Part shown: piece after piece, positions 53,996 through 62,356 of the stretch
Layout: each line of letters starts with the position of its first letter
Numbering within the stretch: position 1 is the stretch's first letter
Origin: an uncultured Candidatus Saccharibacteria bacterium
GTDB lineage: Bacteria > Patescibacteriota > Saccharimonadia > Saccharimonadales > 2-12-FULL-41-12
Direction of reading: 5' to 3'
Length of the DNA stretch: 64,000 bases
NCBI GenBank assembly: GCA_964444225.1
Contig: CAYUFM010000002.1
Coordinates: 3,609 to 67,608, forward strand
Position numbers and translations under genes: made by a program
Notes under the pieces: generated by a model
What the model saw: the letters and a program-made list of their open reading frames with translations, nothing else
Database searches by the model: none
Told to the model about the DNA's origin: nothing

Positions 53996-54568
53996 ATGAA
54001 AGTTTCTGACATTATTACACTGCCCAATACTGCTCTTCGAGATAAATCTAAAAAAATTAATATTATCGATGATGAGATAAAAAATCTTATAAAAGAAATG
54101 CAAGAAGCCACTTTGGATTGGGAAGATTCAAGAGAGCATGAAGTAGGAGTTGCTTTAGCTGCAGTACAGGTAGACAAACTGTTGCGGCTAGTTGTTATTC
54201 GGAATAATTTTGATGACAAAAACGACAGAACATTTCAAGTATTTATCAATCCAGAAATTACCAAGCTAGAAGGCGAGATAATCGAAGACTTTGAAGGATG
54301 CCTAAGCATAAAAGATATCTACGGCAAAGTTCCTAGGTATTCTAAAGTAAGGGTTAAGGCTCTAAATATAAAGGGCCAAGAAATTAGAGTCAAAGCTGAT
54401 GGATTTTTGGCCCGAGTATTTCAACATGAGATAGATCATACGAACGGCATTGTATTTATTGACCATATCAAAAATAAAAAAGATGCATTTTTTTTACTTA
54501 CACAAGAAGGAAAGTTGGATCCGCTAGATTATGAAAAAGAAATCAAACAAAATAGTATTCTTTGGTAG
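53996..54568 (+). CDS. def: peptide deformylase
   Basis: A 190-aa ORF with GVALAAVQV, EGCLS, and HEIDH. Confidence 0.9.
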   Translation: MKVSDIITLPNTALRDKSKKINIIDDEIKNLIKEMQEATLDWEDSREHEVGVALAAVQVDKLLRLVVIRNNFDDKNDRTFQVFINPEITKLEGEIIEDFEGCLSIKDIYGKVPRYSKVRVKALNIKGQEIRVKADGFLARVFQHEIDHTNGIVFIDHIKNKKDAFFLLTQEGKLDPLDYEKEIKQNSILW

Positions 54569-55433
54569 TGGTCCTGTTGCCGCCAAATCATTGGGTCTAC
54601 TTAAAGATTCTTTTCAAATTGAAGCAGTCATAACAAAAAGCTCAACAAAAAAACTAATGCAAGATGTTGTTTCAGAAACAACAGTATTTTGCGCAAACTC
54701 CAAAAAAGAACTTGATAATCTAATAGATGAAGAGAATTTAAGTTCAAAAGTAGCAATCCTTATAGACTTTGGCATAATTGTCAGCCAAAGAGTTATTGAG
54801 TCATTTGCTCTCGGTATTATTAACAGTCACTTTAGCTTATTGCCGGAGCTACGTGGAGCTGACCCTATAACTTTTTCTTTACTTTCTGGTCAATCCAAAA
54901 CAGGAGTTAGTTTAATGCTACTTTCTGCTGGAATGGACGAAGGATTAATCTTAGCTCAGTCAGATTATAAAATTAAAAAAACAACAGATTCTAGTATACT
55001 CACTGCAGATTTAATAGATCTAAGCGATGGACTACTAAAAGCTTGTTTATCTGAATATATGGATGGAAAAATAATTCCTATTGATCAGGTATCGGCTGCC
55101 GAGATGATGGGGCTATCCCCCATTCCAACTTACTCTAGAAAATTGACCAAAGAAGATGGCCTGATAGACTGGTCTAAGGACGCTGTTGAATTAGAGCGTG
55201 AGATAAGAGCTTATCGTGAGTGGCCGAAAAGCTACACTAACATCAAAGGGATAGATTTAATTATTAGACAGGCTGATGTAGTAAATGCATCTGGAAGTCC
55301 AGGAGAATACAGGTCTGATAAAAAAAGCCTGTTGATATTTTGCGGAAAGGAAGCGTTAGATATAAAAGTCCTGCAACCAGCCGGAAAAAAAGAAATGCCT
55401 GTATCGGCATTTCTTAATGGCCATAGTCTTTAG
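54531..55433 (+). CDS. fmt: methionyl-tRNA formyltransferase
   Basis: A 300-aa ORF with IVFFGSG, INSHFSLLPELRGADP, and a C-terminal OB-like domain. It overlaps the def 3' end. Confidence 0.88.
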   Translation: MKKKSNKIVFFGSGPVAAKSLGLLKDSFQIEAVITKSSTKKLMQDVVSETTVFCANSKKELDNLIDEENLSSKVAILIDFGIIVSQRVIESFALGIINSHFSLLPELRGADPITFSLLSGQSKTGVSLMLLSAGMDEGLILAQSDYKIKKTTDSSILTADLIDLSDGLLKACLSEYMDGKIIPIDQVSAAEMMGLSPIPTYSRKLTKEDGLIDWSKDAVELEREIRAYREWPKSYTNIKGIDLIIRQADVVNASGSPGEYRSDKKSLLIFCGKEALDIKVLQPAGKKEMPVSAFLNGHSL

Positions 55434-55437
55434 CCTG

Positions 55438-55755
55438 CTATTGTTGTTCGGAGGCAGCTAAGATTTGAGGGGCCGCTTCTTTAATTTCAGCTTTTAGTTT
55501 GTTCAGCTCATCAGCAACAACTTGCTTGTAGTTAGGGAAATTTGTTTCTAACCACTTTAGCGCGCCAGCGTCGTCTTGAGCATTCATTAATGCCTCGAAT
55601 TCATTGAGCTGTTCTTCACTCATACCACTTGCAAGTTTCATACCTACCCGCATTTCCAAAGTCTCATATATATGAGTCTTCATCTTCTCTTTTTCATCTT
55701 GAGGTAACGCCGAGAGGCCTAAACTAGCTAAAAAATTATCGTCTATTTGATGCAT
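55438..55755 (-). CDS. small acidic helical protein, unknown function
   Basis: A 105-aa ORF. I can name no motif with confidence. Confidence 0.4.
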   Translation of the reverse strand: MHQIDDNFLASLGLSALPQDEKEKMKTHIYETLEMRVGMKLASGMSEEQLNEFEALMNAQDDAGALKWLETNFPNYKQVVADELNKLKAEIKEAAPQILAASEQQ

Positions 55756-55876
55756 TATTCAACCCTTATTAATTATCTTAGCTATATTGTAGCAAAAATT
55801 AGTTTATTTTGATGTTTTAACAACTTGTATAGAATCATTAAATGTAAGTTTTTCTGTTAGTAAAGTGTTTTTTAGG

Positions 55877-57142
55877 CTACCTTGCTGTATAAACAACTAT
55901 AAATATGGCAAGAATAATCAGTGCCATACCCACACCTGTTTCAATGGAGCGTTTATAATCTGTGGCTCCCAATATTTTAGCTTGATTAGTTGTAGGGTGC
56001 TTATCTGTAGATTCACGCCTTGCTACATTTTGGGATTGATCAATATTAGTCATAAAAGACGCCTGCATTGAAGCAAACCTGTTTTTATTTCTGTCCTTCT
56101 TGCTAGAATCTGCTTTCGTTTCAAACTTGTTTTTTTGGTCGGCTTCATGTGTATCGATAGAAGATTCAGATGCAAACTCATTTTTAATATTCCTCTGCTT
56201 ACTGTCTTTTTCTATTGAAGACTGGTAAAAAACTTGCTTGCTTGTTTCTGCGCTCTTATGCTTTGTAGTTTTCTCCGCAAGAGTAGCCCCTACTAGTTGT
56301 TCGTCGTTTTTCTTGCCTGCTTCATGCACATAACTTGACCGTTTGAGGATTGAAGCCAGAGACTCCGGTTCCTTTTCGCGCTTAGGTACTTTCACATCCT
56401 CAATCTTTGCATTTAGTTCTTTGGACTGTTTTTTTATTGAGCGTTCCAGTTTTTTATCTCTCCTTCTACTAAGAAATTCAGCACCAAGAAAAGCAATAAT
56501 TGCTCCAACTGGCTTGTGCTTTTCTACAACTCTTTCTGGCTTTGCTGTCGACTGAGGCATATAGGCCTCACTGAATATTGGGGGCGCATATATAGGAGGT
56601 ATTACATCGCCATAACGATCAATTGATTGTTGCTGTAGTTCTACTGGAATTAATTGATCAACCTCTTCTTGAGTACTGGCTAGGGTCTCTTGAATAGGGA
56701 ATCTTTGAATTTTTTGGTTAAGTTCTATTTCCTGAACCACAGGCTCTGTGTCTATCAATGGTTCTGGTTGAACTTCCGGGATATCGGCTAGAGTATTAAC
56801 CCCAGCAGCTTCACTAAATGCCTCCGGCGTATTAATATCACTAAATATTTCATCGTGATCATTAATTTTTTCAACCACGTTGGTTTCTGTTTGCCTTGCG
56901 CCTTCTTCTATAGTCTTAGGGAAGACGGTTTTTAAAAGCTGGGTAAATTTTTTTTGTTTTTTTGAATTTTTTAAGGTTTCTTCGTCGTCTTCATCTTCTT
57001 CTGATTCTTCTTTTTTATCAAAAAGAGTATATTCTGGGATAATACTACGAAAACTAAATGGCTTTGGATTAGAGCGTTTAAGAATAGAATCTAAACTATC
57101 ATCCTCAGGTTCAGATAGGGTGGGAAACCTGTCTTTATCCAT
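55877..57142 (-). CDS. acidic low-complexity protein with a C-terminal transmembrane anchor
   Basis: A 421-aa ORF with E/D/K/S/Q-rich composition and a terminal hydrophobic segment, GVGMALIILAIFIVVY. Confidence 0.4.
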   Translation of the reverse strand: MDKDRFPTLSEPEDDSLDSILKRSNPKPFSFRSIIPEYTLFDKKEESEEDEDDEETLKNSKKQKKFTQLLKTVFPKTIEEGARQTETNVVEKINDHDEIFSDINTPEAFSEAAGVNTLADIPEVQPEPLIDTEPVVQEIELNQKIQRFPIQETLASTQEEVDQLIPVELQQQSIDRYGDVIPPIYAPPIFSEAYMPQSTAKPERVVEKHKPVGAIIAFLGAEFLSRRRDKKLERSIKKQSKELNAKIEDVKVPKREKEPESLASILKRSSYVHEAGKKNDEQLVGATLAEKTTKHKSAETSKQVFYQSSIEKDSKQRNIKNEFASESSIDTHEADQKNKFETKADSSKKDRNKNRFASMQASFMTNIDQSQNVARRESTDKHPTTNQAKILGATDYKRSIETGVGMALIILAIFIVVYTAR

Positions 57143-57154
57143 AACTACGCTTTC

Positions 57155-58912
57155 TTAGAGAGTCCTTTCCTGCACCTCTTGAGTATAGAGTTCAATATGA
57201 TCACCTTCTTTCAGATCAACTCTGGATGTAGATTTAAAACTCATTCCACACATTTCACCCTCTAAGACTTCTTTTGCTTCTTGAGGACCTCGCTTCAAGC
57301 CAGTAATTTCTACTTCTGCCAAAACTTCACCATCTCTTATAATTGTAGCGAGTGCCGGGGATGTTAGCTTACCTTTTGTAACTTCACCTCCACAAATAAC
57401 TTCTGTCTTTGTAATCTTAAATACACCACGTACGATAAGTCTACCCAGGTCTTTTCTTACCACCGTAGGTGCTAACAGCTTGCTTAATTCATCACGCACA
57501 TCGTCTATTAACTCATATATGACTTTAAACATCCTCAGGCTTACTTTATCACGGCTAGCGAGCTGTTTTATATTTGTTGGCACAGAGACGTTAAAACCAT
57601 AAATAATTGCACCACTAGTAGTAGCAAGATGTAGGTCTTTTTCTGTGATTATCCCAACTCCAGAACCTACAATTCTAACTGCAACTTCCTCTGTATTTAG
57701 TGTTTTAAGACTATCTATAACGGAGGTTAAAGAGCCTTGCACGTCTGCCTTAACTAAAATATTTAATTCGGTTAGTTCCGACTTACGGTTCATAATACGC
57801 ATTAATTCTGTGCCACCAATATTGGATTTCAATTTATCAACAGAACCGGCAAGTTCATTTTGTGAAGAAATTAACCTAGCTTCCTTCTCACTTTTTACAA
57901 CAGTAAATTCATTACCAAATTCAGGTAAAACTTTAAAACCGGTCATAATAACAGGAGTGGAAGGTTTGGCTGAAGCTATGGCATCACCACCTGGAGTCTC
58001 GAGATTTCTCAGCTTTGCATATGTCGTACCAGCTACAACGAAATCTCCTTTGCGCAAAGTTCCAGATTCTACTAAGGCTACCGCAACTGGTCCCCTGCCT
58101 TGCTCCATGTGTGCCTCTATAATCAACCCTGAAGCCAGGGCATTTTCTTCTGCCTTTAGCTCTTCTACATCAGACACGAGCAAAATCATGTCTAATAGGT
58201 TGTTGATCCCTGTTTTTTCTTTAGCAGAGACTTCTACTACAATTGTGTCGCCACCCCACTCTTCAACTAAGAGATTATGCTCTGATAATTGCTGTTTTAT
58301 CCTGTTAACGTCTGCGCCTTCTTTGTCTATCTTGTTTGCTGCCACCAAAATCTTTACACCAGCTTTATTAGCAAAACGGATGGCTTCTATTGTTTGTGGC
58401 TTTATTCCATCATCAGCAGCTACGACAATCACAACCAAATCTGTTAGAAAAGCTCCGTGTTCACGTATTGCGCCGAATGCCTCATGTCCGGGGGTATCGA
58501 GAAAAGTTATCTTACGCTTCCCATGCTCTATCTGATAAGCGGATATATGTTGAGTTATACCACCAGCTTCACCACTAGCAACTTTGGTGCCACAGATTGC
58601 ATCCAGTAGCGAGGTCTTGCCATGGTCTACATGTCCCATAACGGCCACAACCGGTGGACGCGACTGACCAGTGCTACTTGTCTTTTTCGTCCGTACGGGG
58701 CTAGTTTCTGTTACTTTTTTCTCTAGAGTCACGTCTTCTAGGCCGAGTTCTTGGACTATTATAGAAGCTGTGTCGAAGTCAATCCTCTCGTTCACTGTAG
58801 CCATGATGCCGTTTTTAAACAGCTCACCAACTAGCTTAGTGACAGGTATTTCTAACTGGTCGGCAAGAGAGCCGACTGTAATGCCATCTTCAATACTGAT
58901 TGTTCTAGACAT
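57155..58912 (-). CDS. infB: translation initiation factor IF-2 (short N-terminus)
   Basis: A 585-aa ORF with the G-domain motifs VMGHVDHGKTSLLD, DTPGHEAF and NKID, and C-terminal beta-barrel domains. Confidence 0.95.
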   Translation of the reverse strand: MSRTISIEDGITVGSLADQLEIPVTKLVGELFKNGIMATVNERIDFDTASIIVQELGLEDVTLEKKVTETSPVRTKKTSSTGQSRPPVVAVMGHVDHGKTSLLDAICGTKVASGEAGGITQHISAYQIEHGKRKITFLDTPGHEAFGAIREHGAFLTDLVVIVVAADDGIKPQTIEAIRFANKAGVKILVAANKIDKEGADVNRIKQQLSEHNLLVEEWGGDTIVVEVSAKEKTGINNLLDMILLVSDVEELKAEENALASGLIIEAHMEQGRGPVAVALVESGTLRKGDFVVAGTTYAKLRNLETPGGDAIASAKPSTPVIMTGFKVLPEFGNEFTVVKSEKEARLISSQNELAGSVDKLKSNIGGTELMRIMNRKSELTELNILVKADVQGSLTSVIDSLKTLNTEEVAVRIVGSGVGIITEKDLHLATTSGAIIYGFNVSVPTNIKQLASRDKVSLRMFKVIYELIDDVRDELSKLLAPTVVRKDLGRLIVRGVFKITKTEVICGGEVTKGKLTSPALATIIRDGEVLAEVEITGLKRGPQEAKEVLEGEMCGMSFKSTSRVDLKEGDHIELYTQEVQERTL

Positions 58913-58937
58913 ATCCTTTGACCTCCTGCCATATTAA

Positions 58938-60029
58938 TTACTTCTTAGATTTTGGCTTTTTTACTTCTTTAAGACTAAGCGCAATTTTGCGTGATTCTGT
59001 ATCGATATCAATAACCTTAAAGTCTTTTTTCTCGTTTAATCTGAAGATTTTTTCTGGATCTGCAGAATCTTCATCGCTCATTTCAGACACATGTACTAGA
59101 GCCTCTACACTGGAACTAAGTTGTACGAATGCACCAAAAGGAGTAATTCTAGTAACGCGACCCTCCACTGTTTCGCCTACTTTAAATGCTTTTACCTCGT
59201 TAAGCCATGGGTCTTCTTGCATTTGCTTAAGGCTCAAGCTTAGGCGGTCTTTGTCTATGGCTATGATTTTAGCTTCGATTCTGTCGCCGTTCTTTATATA
59301 GTCACGTGGGTCTTCTACACGCTCCCATGAAATTTCAGATATGTGGATTAGACCTTCGATACCGTCTACGTTAACAAAAACACCGAAGTCAATTACGCCC
59401 GTAACCAAGCCTTCAACCGTATCGCCAACTTTAAGTTTGGTAAACATCGCCTGAGTATCGTCTTTTACTGCCTCTTTTTCAGAGAAGATTAGCTTATTAT
59501 CTTTACGGCTAACATCTAGGATTCTGACCTTTATTGACTTGTTTGTTAGAGCATTTAGTTTCTGCAATATTTCATCTTTGTCGGCACCAGATACCCTAGG
59601 GTAGTTACCGGCAGCAAGTTGTGAAACAGGTAAGAAACCTCTTATTCCTTCTAGCTCAACCAATAGACCGCCTCTGTTGGCATCATATGGTGTTATCTCT
59701 AGAGTTTCTCCAGCTTCAAATATTCGCTGAAGCTCATCCCAGCCCCTATCTTTAGCCGCTCGACGTACACTCAACAGAGCGTAGCCTTCGTCTAGCTCAG
59801 GGTCTACAACACTGGTTGTTACTGGCTCACCTATTTCTAGTTTTTGGCCATGACCGATTTCTCGGCGCATCACAACACCAATACCATGTGGACCTAGATC
59901 AACCCACACTTCGTGTTTTTTTACAGATGTAATGTTTCCATCAATTACATCGCCCACTTTTAGATTTTGGATATCGCTACCTGCTAGTAGCTCATCCATA
60001 GTTACGTTATTTTTTGACATGTTATACAT
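58938..60029 (-). CDS. rpsA: 30S ribosomal protein S1 (four S1 domains)
   Basis: A 363-aa ORF with four repeats of the G.V..G.V......G..V.L....G..H.SE pattern. Confidence 0.9.
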   Translation of the reverse strand: MYNMSKNNVTMDELLAGSDIQNLKVGDVIDGNITSVKKHEVWVDLGPHGIGVVMRREIGHGQKLEIGEPVTTSVVDPELDEGYALLSVRRAAKDRGWDELQRIFEAGETLEITPYDANRGGLLVELEGIRGFLPVSQLAAGNYPRVSGADKDEILQKLNALTNKSIKVRILDVSRKDNKLIFSEKEAVKDDTQAMFTKLKVGDTVEGLVTGVIDFGVFVNVDGIEGLIHISEISWERVEDPRDYIKNGDRIEAKIIAIDKDRLSLSLKQMQEDPWLNEVKAFKVGETVEGRVTRITPFGAFVQLSSSVEALVHVSEMSDEDSADPEKIFRLNEKKDFKVIDIDTESRKIALSLKEVKKPKSKK

Positions 60030-60086
60030 GCCTCCTTAAATTCTGCGGTGCACCGTAGCGCATTCTCCCGTTCAGACTTGTTATTA

Positions 60087-60115
60087 ATTATATCTGTTTT
60101 ACCCCTATTAGTAAA
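60087..60115 (-). promoter_or_regulatory. putative rpsA promoter
   Basis: On the minus strand, TTTACT (60115-60110), a 17-nt spacer, then TATAAT (60092-60087). The leader contains a CGGTGCACCG palindrome and an AAGGAGG RBS. Confidence 0.5.
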
Positions 60116-60177
60116 GGTTGTTGTTTTAACATAAAGCCTTCCAAGTTTAAGTTATAAACTCTATACTTGAATTCAAG

Positions 60178-60984
60178 ATGTATATAGCTATTGACCTTGG
60201 TGGCACAAAAACTTTAATTGGACTTCTGGATGACTCTGGAAACGTGGTTAATTCTATAAAATTCCCTACTCCCACGGATTACAAACAGTTTTTAGTAGAA
60301 CTTAAACAAAACATTGATACCATAATAGGCCAAAACAATATCGTTGCAGGGTGTATGGCAATACCAGGAACGCTAGACAGAGAAAAAGGCTTGATCGTTC
60401 GTCTAGGCAACCTACCGTGGGGCCAGAATATAGAAATAAAAAAGGATGTTGAGAAGTTTATAAACTTCCCTATTATCATAGAGAATGACGCTAATTTAGC
60501 CGGCCTTAGCGAAGCAATACTGGTTAAAGATACTTATAAAAAAGCATTATACGTAACAATTAGCACAGGGATTGGTGGAGTATTTGTAGTGGATGGAGCT
60601 ATTGATAAAGACACCGTTAATGCAGAGATCGGTCATATGGTTTTTGAACACGATGGCAAAGTTGTTGAGTGGGAAGATATGGCCTCTGGCAAATGGATCA
60701 CGGAGACTTACGGAAAACGAGCTAGTGATTTAGAGGATGAGTCCGCGTGGAGAACAATATCTCAAAATATCGCGGTTGGTTTTGTTAACCTTATAAACGT
60801 ATTAACTCCCGATGTAATCATTATTGGAGGTGGAGTTGGTACGCACCTAGATAAATTCAAAACTATTTTGATTGAAGAAATAAACAAAATAGATCCACAT
60901 TTTGCCAAAATTCCCCCAATTATTAAAGCTCAAAGACCCGAAGAAGCAGTAATTTATGGCTGTTACCAACTTATCAAGCAATAA
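60178..60984 (+). CDS. ROK/ASKHA-family sugar kinase-like protein
   Basis: A 268-aa ORF with an N-terminal IAIDLGGTK phosphate-1 motif, ENDANLAGL, and ISTGIGGV. It lacks the Cys-rich zinc motif of classical ROK glucokinases. Confidence 0.6.
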   Translation: MYIAIDLGGTKTLIGLLDDSGNVVNSIKFPTPTDYKQFLVELKQNIDTIIGQNNIVAGCMAIPGTLDREKGLIVRLGNLPWGQNIEIKKDVEKFINFPIIIENDANLAGLSEAILVKDTYKKALYVTISTGIGGVFVVDGAIDKDTVNAEIGHMVFEHDGKVVEWEDMASGKWITETYGKRASDLEDESAWRTISQNIAVGFVNLINVLTPDVIIIGGGVGTHLDKFKTILIEEINKIDPHFAKIPPIIKAQRPEEAVIYGCYQLIKQ

Positions 60985-61429
60985 ACTAGAGTTTTTAAGT
61001 CAAATAAAAACCGACTTCTCGTCTGTTGATTTTATTTCTTCTGACAAGTCTATGTGGGAACCAGAATCTGGAACTATATTTTATAAAGACAGTGACGAAC
61101 ACTTAATTTTTTCAATACTGCATGAACTCGGCCATATGGTTGCAGGCCACAAAGATTACTCTCATGATATCCAGCTACTTATTATGGAAGCTGAGGCCTG
61201 GGAAAATGCCAAAAAAATAGCCGCCAATTACGGTGTTAAAATTGACAAAGACCATATAGAAGACTGTTTAGACACATACAGGAATTGGTTACATAAGCGA
61301 AGCTCATGTCCAAAATGTTCAATGACGGGGTCTCAGAAAGACTCAAAACACTATAGCTGTCTTAACTGTGGCAGTGAATGGAGTGTCACTAAGTCTAGAT
61401 TCTGCAGAGCCTACCGAAAAACAAACTAA
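60956..61429 (+). CDS. HExxH metallopeptidase-like protein with a C-terminal zinc ribbon
   Basis: A 157-aa ORF with HELGHMVAGH and CPKC...(14)...CLNC. It overlaps the preceding gene by 29 nt if the first ATG is used. Confidence 0.45.
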   Translation: MAVTNLSSNKLEFLSQIKTDFSSVDFISSDKSMWEPESGTIFYKDSDEHLIFSILHELGHMVAGHKDYSHDIQLLIMEAEAWENAKKIAANYGVKIDKDHIEDCLDTYRNWLHKRSSCPKCSMTGSQKDSKHYSCLNCGSEWSVTKSRFCRAYRKTN

Positions 61430-61455
61430 AAACCGCTCTTTACTGAGCGGTTTTT
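61428..61455. terminator. bidirectional intrinsic terminator between convergent genes
   Basis: An AAAAACCGCTC-TTTACT-GAGCGGTTTTT hairpin, which gives a U-tract when read on either strand. Confidence 0.7.
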
Positions 61456-61470
61456 AGTTAAGAACTGAAT

Positions 61471-61668
61471 TTAAACAGTTTTTTTGCCACGACGGCTAAT
61501 ACGGCCACCTTTTGCGCCAGCAGCACGTGCTAGTTCACGGTTTGCGTAGAAACCACCGGTTTTGCCTTTTTTACCACCCATAGCACCGATTTTAGCGTAA
61601 AAATCAGCACCGTATTTTGCTTTGTTAGTGTCAGCAGCAGCTTTGCCACCTTTGCTTGTTCCAGCCAT
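61471..61668 (-). CDS. KGG-repeat general-stress-type small protein (YciG/con-10-like)
   Basis: A 65-aa ORF with SKGGKAAA, GAMGGKKGKTGG and AGAKGGRISRRG repeats, preceded by a strong AAGGAG RBS. Confidence 0.6.
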   Translation of the reverse strand: MAGTSKGGKAAADTNKAKYGADFYAKIGAMGGKKGKTGGFYANRELARAAGAKGGRISRRGKKTV

Positions 61669-61693
61669 TTTAACTCCTTAGTTTACTTAACTA

Positions 61694-61736
61694 CAACAAA
61701 AAGAGGGTTAGCCAAAATGTATGACTAATACCCTCT
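61694..61736 (-). terminator. terminator-like hairpin plus T-tract inside the predicted leader of the KGG gene
   Basis: On the minus strand, AGAGGGT(A)TTAG...CTAACCCTCT is followed by TTTTTGTTG. It lies between a good promoter match (61755-61783) and the RBS. Confidence 0.5.
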
Positions 61737-61754
61737 CGTGTTGTTTGTATGACT

Positions 61755-61783
61755 ATTTTAACACAGTTATGTTTTTAAGTCAA
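61755..61783 (-). promoter_or_regulatory. putative promoter of the KGG stress-protein gene
   Basis: On the minus strand, TTGACT (61783-61778), a 17-nt spacer, then TAAAAT (61760-61755). It starts 4 nt after the stop of the upstream gene. Confidence 0.5.
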
Positions 61784-61787
61784 TAAA

Positions 61788-62297
61788 TTACTGTGATATC
61801 CCCGGCTGATCGCTAATAGCAGGGTCTTGTGCCGGTGTTGCAGTTTCTGTCTTAGGGGTTTGGGTGGTAGATTGAGTAGTTTCTTGTGAATCTCCTAAAT
61901 TGATAGGTGCTACTTCTATAACCTTTTTGGTTGAAGGTCTATAAAGTATAGCTTTTTTGGCCTTTGAGTACATTATTAATTTGTCGCCATTTTGGGCCTT
62001 TTTAAAGAATGTCTGGTTGCTCAATTTTGAAACATCTGACACTGTTGCGATCGTTGGCTCTTCGTCAGTAGGAACGTCTAAAATGTTAGCAACCTCTGAC
62101 TTGACCTTATCGGTCTCTATTTTAGCTGACTCTTGCGGATTAGAAAGTTTACTATTCTCGTCTCGAAGCTTATCTAATTCTTTATAGCCTAAAAAGCCAC
62201 CTACAAGTACTAGCGCCAATAATATAGTTATTACCAGTGCTGAAGGTCTTAGGATACTTTTGATATTCTTTTTTTTAGAAACGTTTGTTGAGCTCAC
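61788..62297 (-). CDS. membrane-anchored hypothetical protein with a T/Q/P-rich tail
   Basis: A 169-aa ORF with one N-terminal TM segment (ALVITILLALVLVGGFLG). I recognise no family. Confidence 0.4.
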   Translation of the reverse strand: MSSTNVSKKKNIKSILRPSALVITILLALVLVGGFLGYKELDKLRDENSKLSNPQESAKIETDKVKSEVANILDVPTDEEPTIATVSDVSKLSNQTFFKKAQNGDKLIMYSKAKKAILYRPSTKKVIEVAPINLGDSQETTQSTTQTPKTETATPAQDPAISDQPGISQ

Positions 62298-62356
62298 AAT
62301 TTAATTCCCCATTCGTTAATCTGCTTATGTATAGGATAGCAAGATACGAGTATTTA

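Noticed and set aside
57645-58535. A 296-aa plus-strand ORF antisense to infB. Similar long antisense ORFs lie at 48439-49032 (ftsA), 47244-47678 (ftsZ), 16228-16674 (CPBP protease), 51079-51558 (yqeY/rpsU) and 53728-54219 (priA/def).
   Set aside because: Each overlaps a gene with unambiguous conserved motifs on the other strand. Their translations are low-complexity S/L/P/F-rich strings with no family features.
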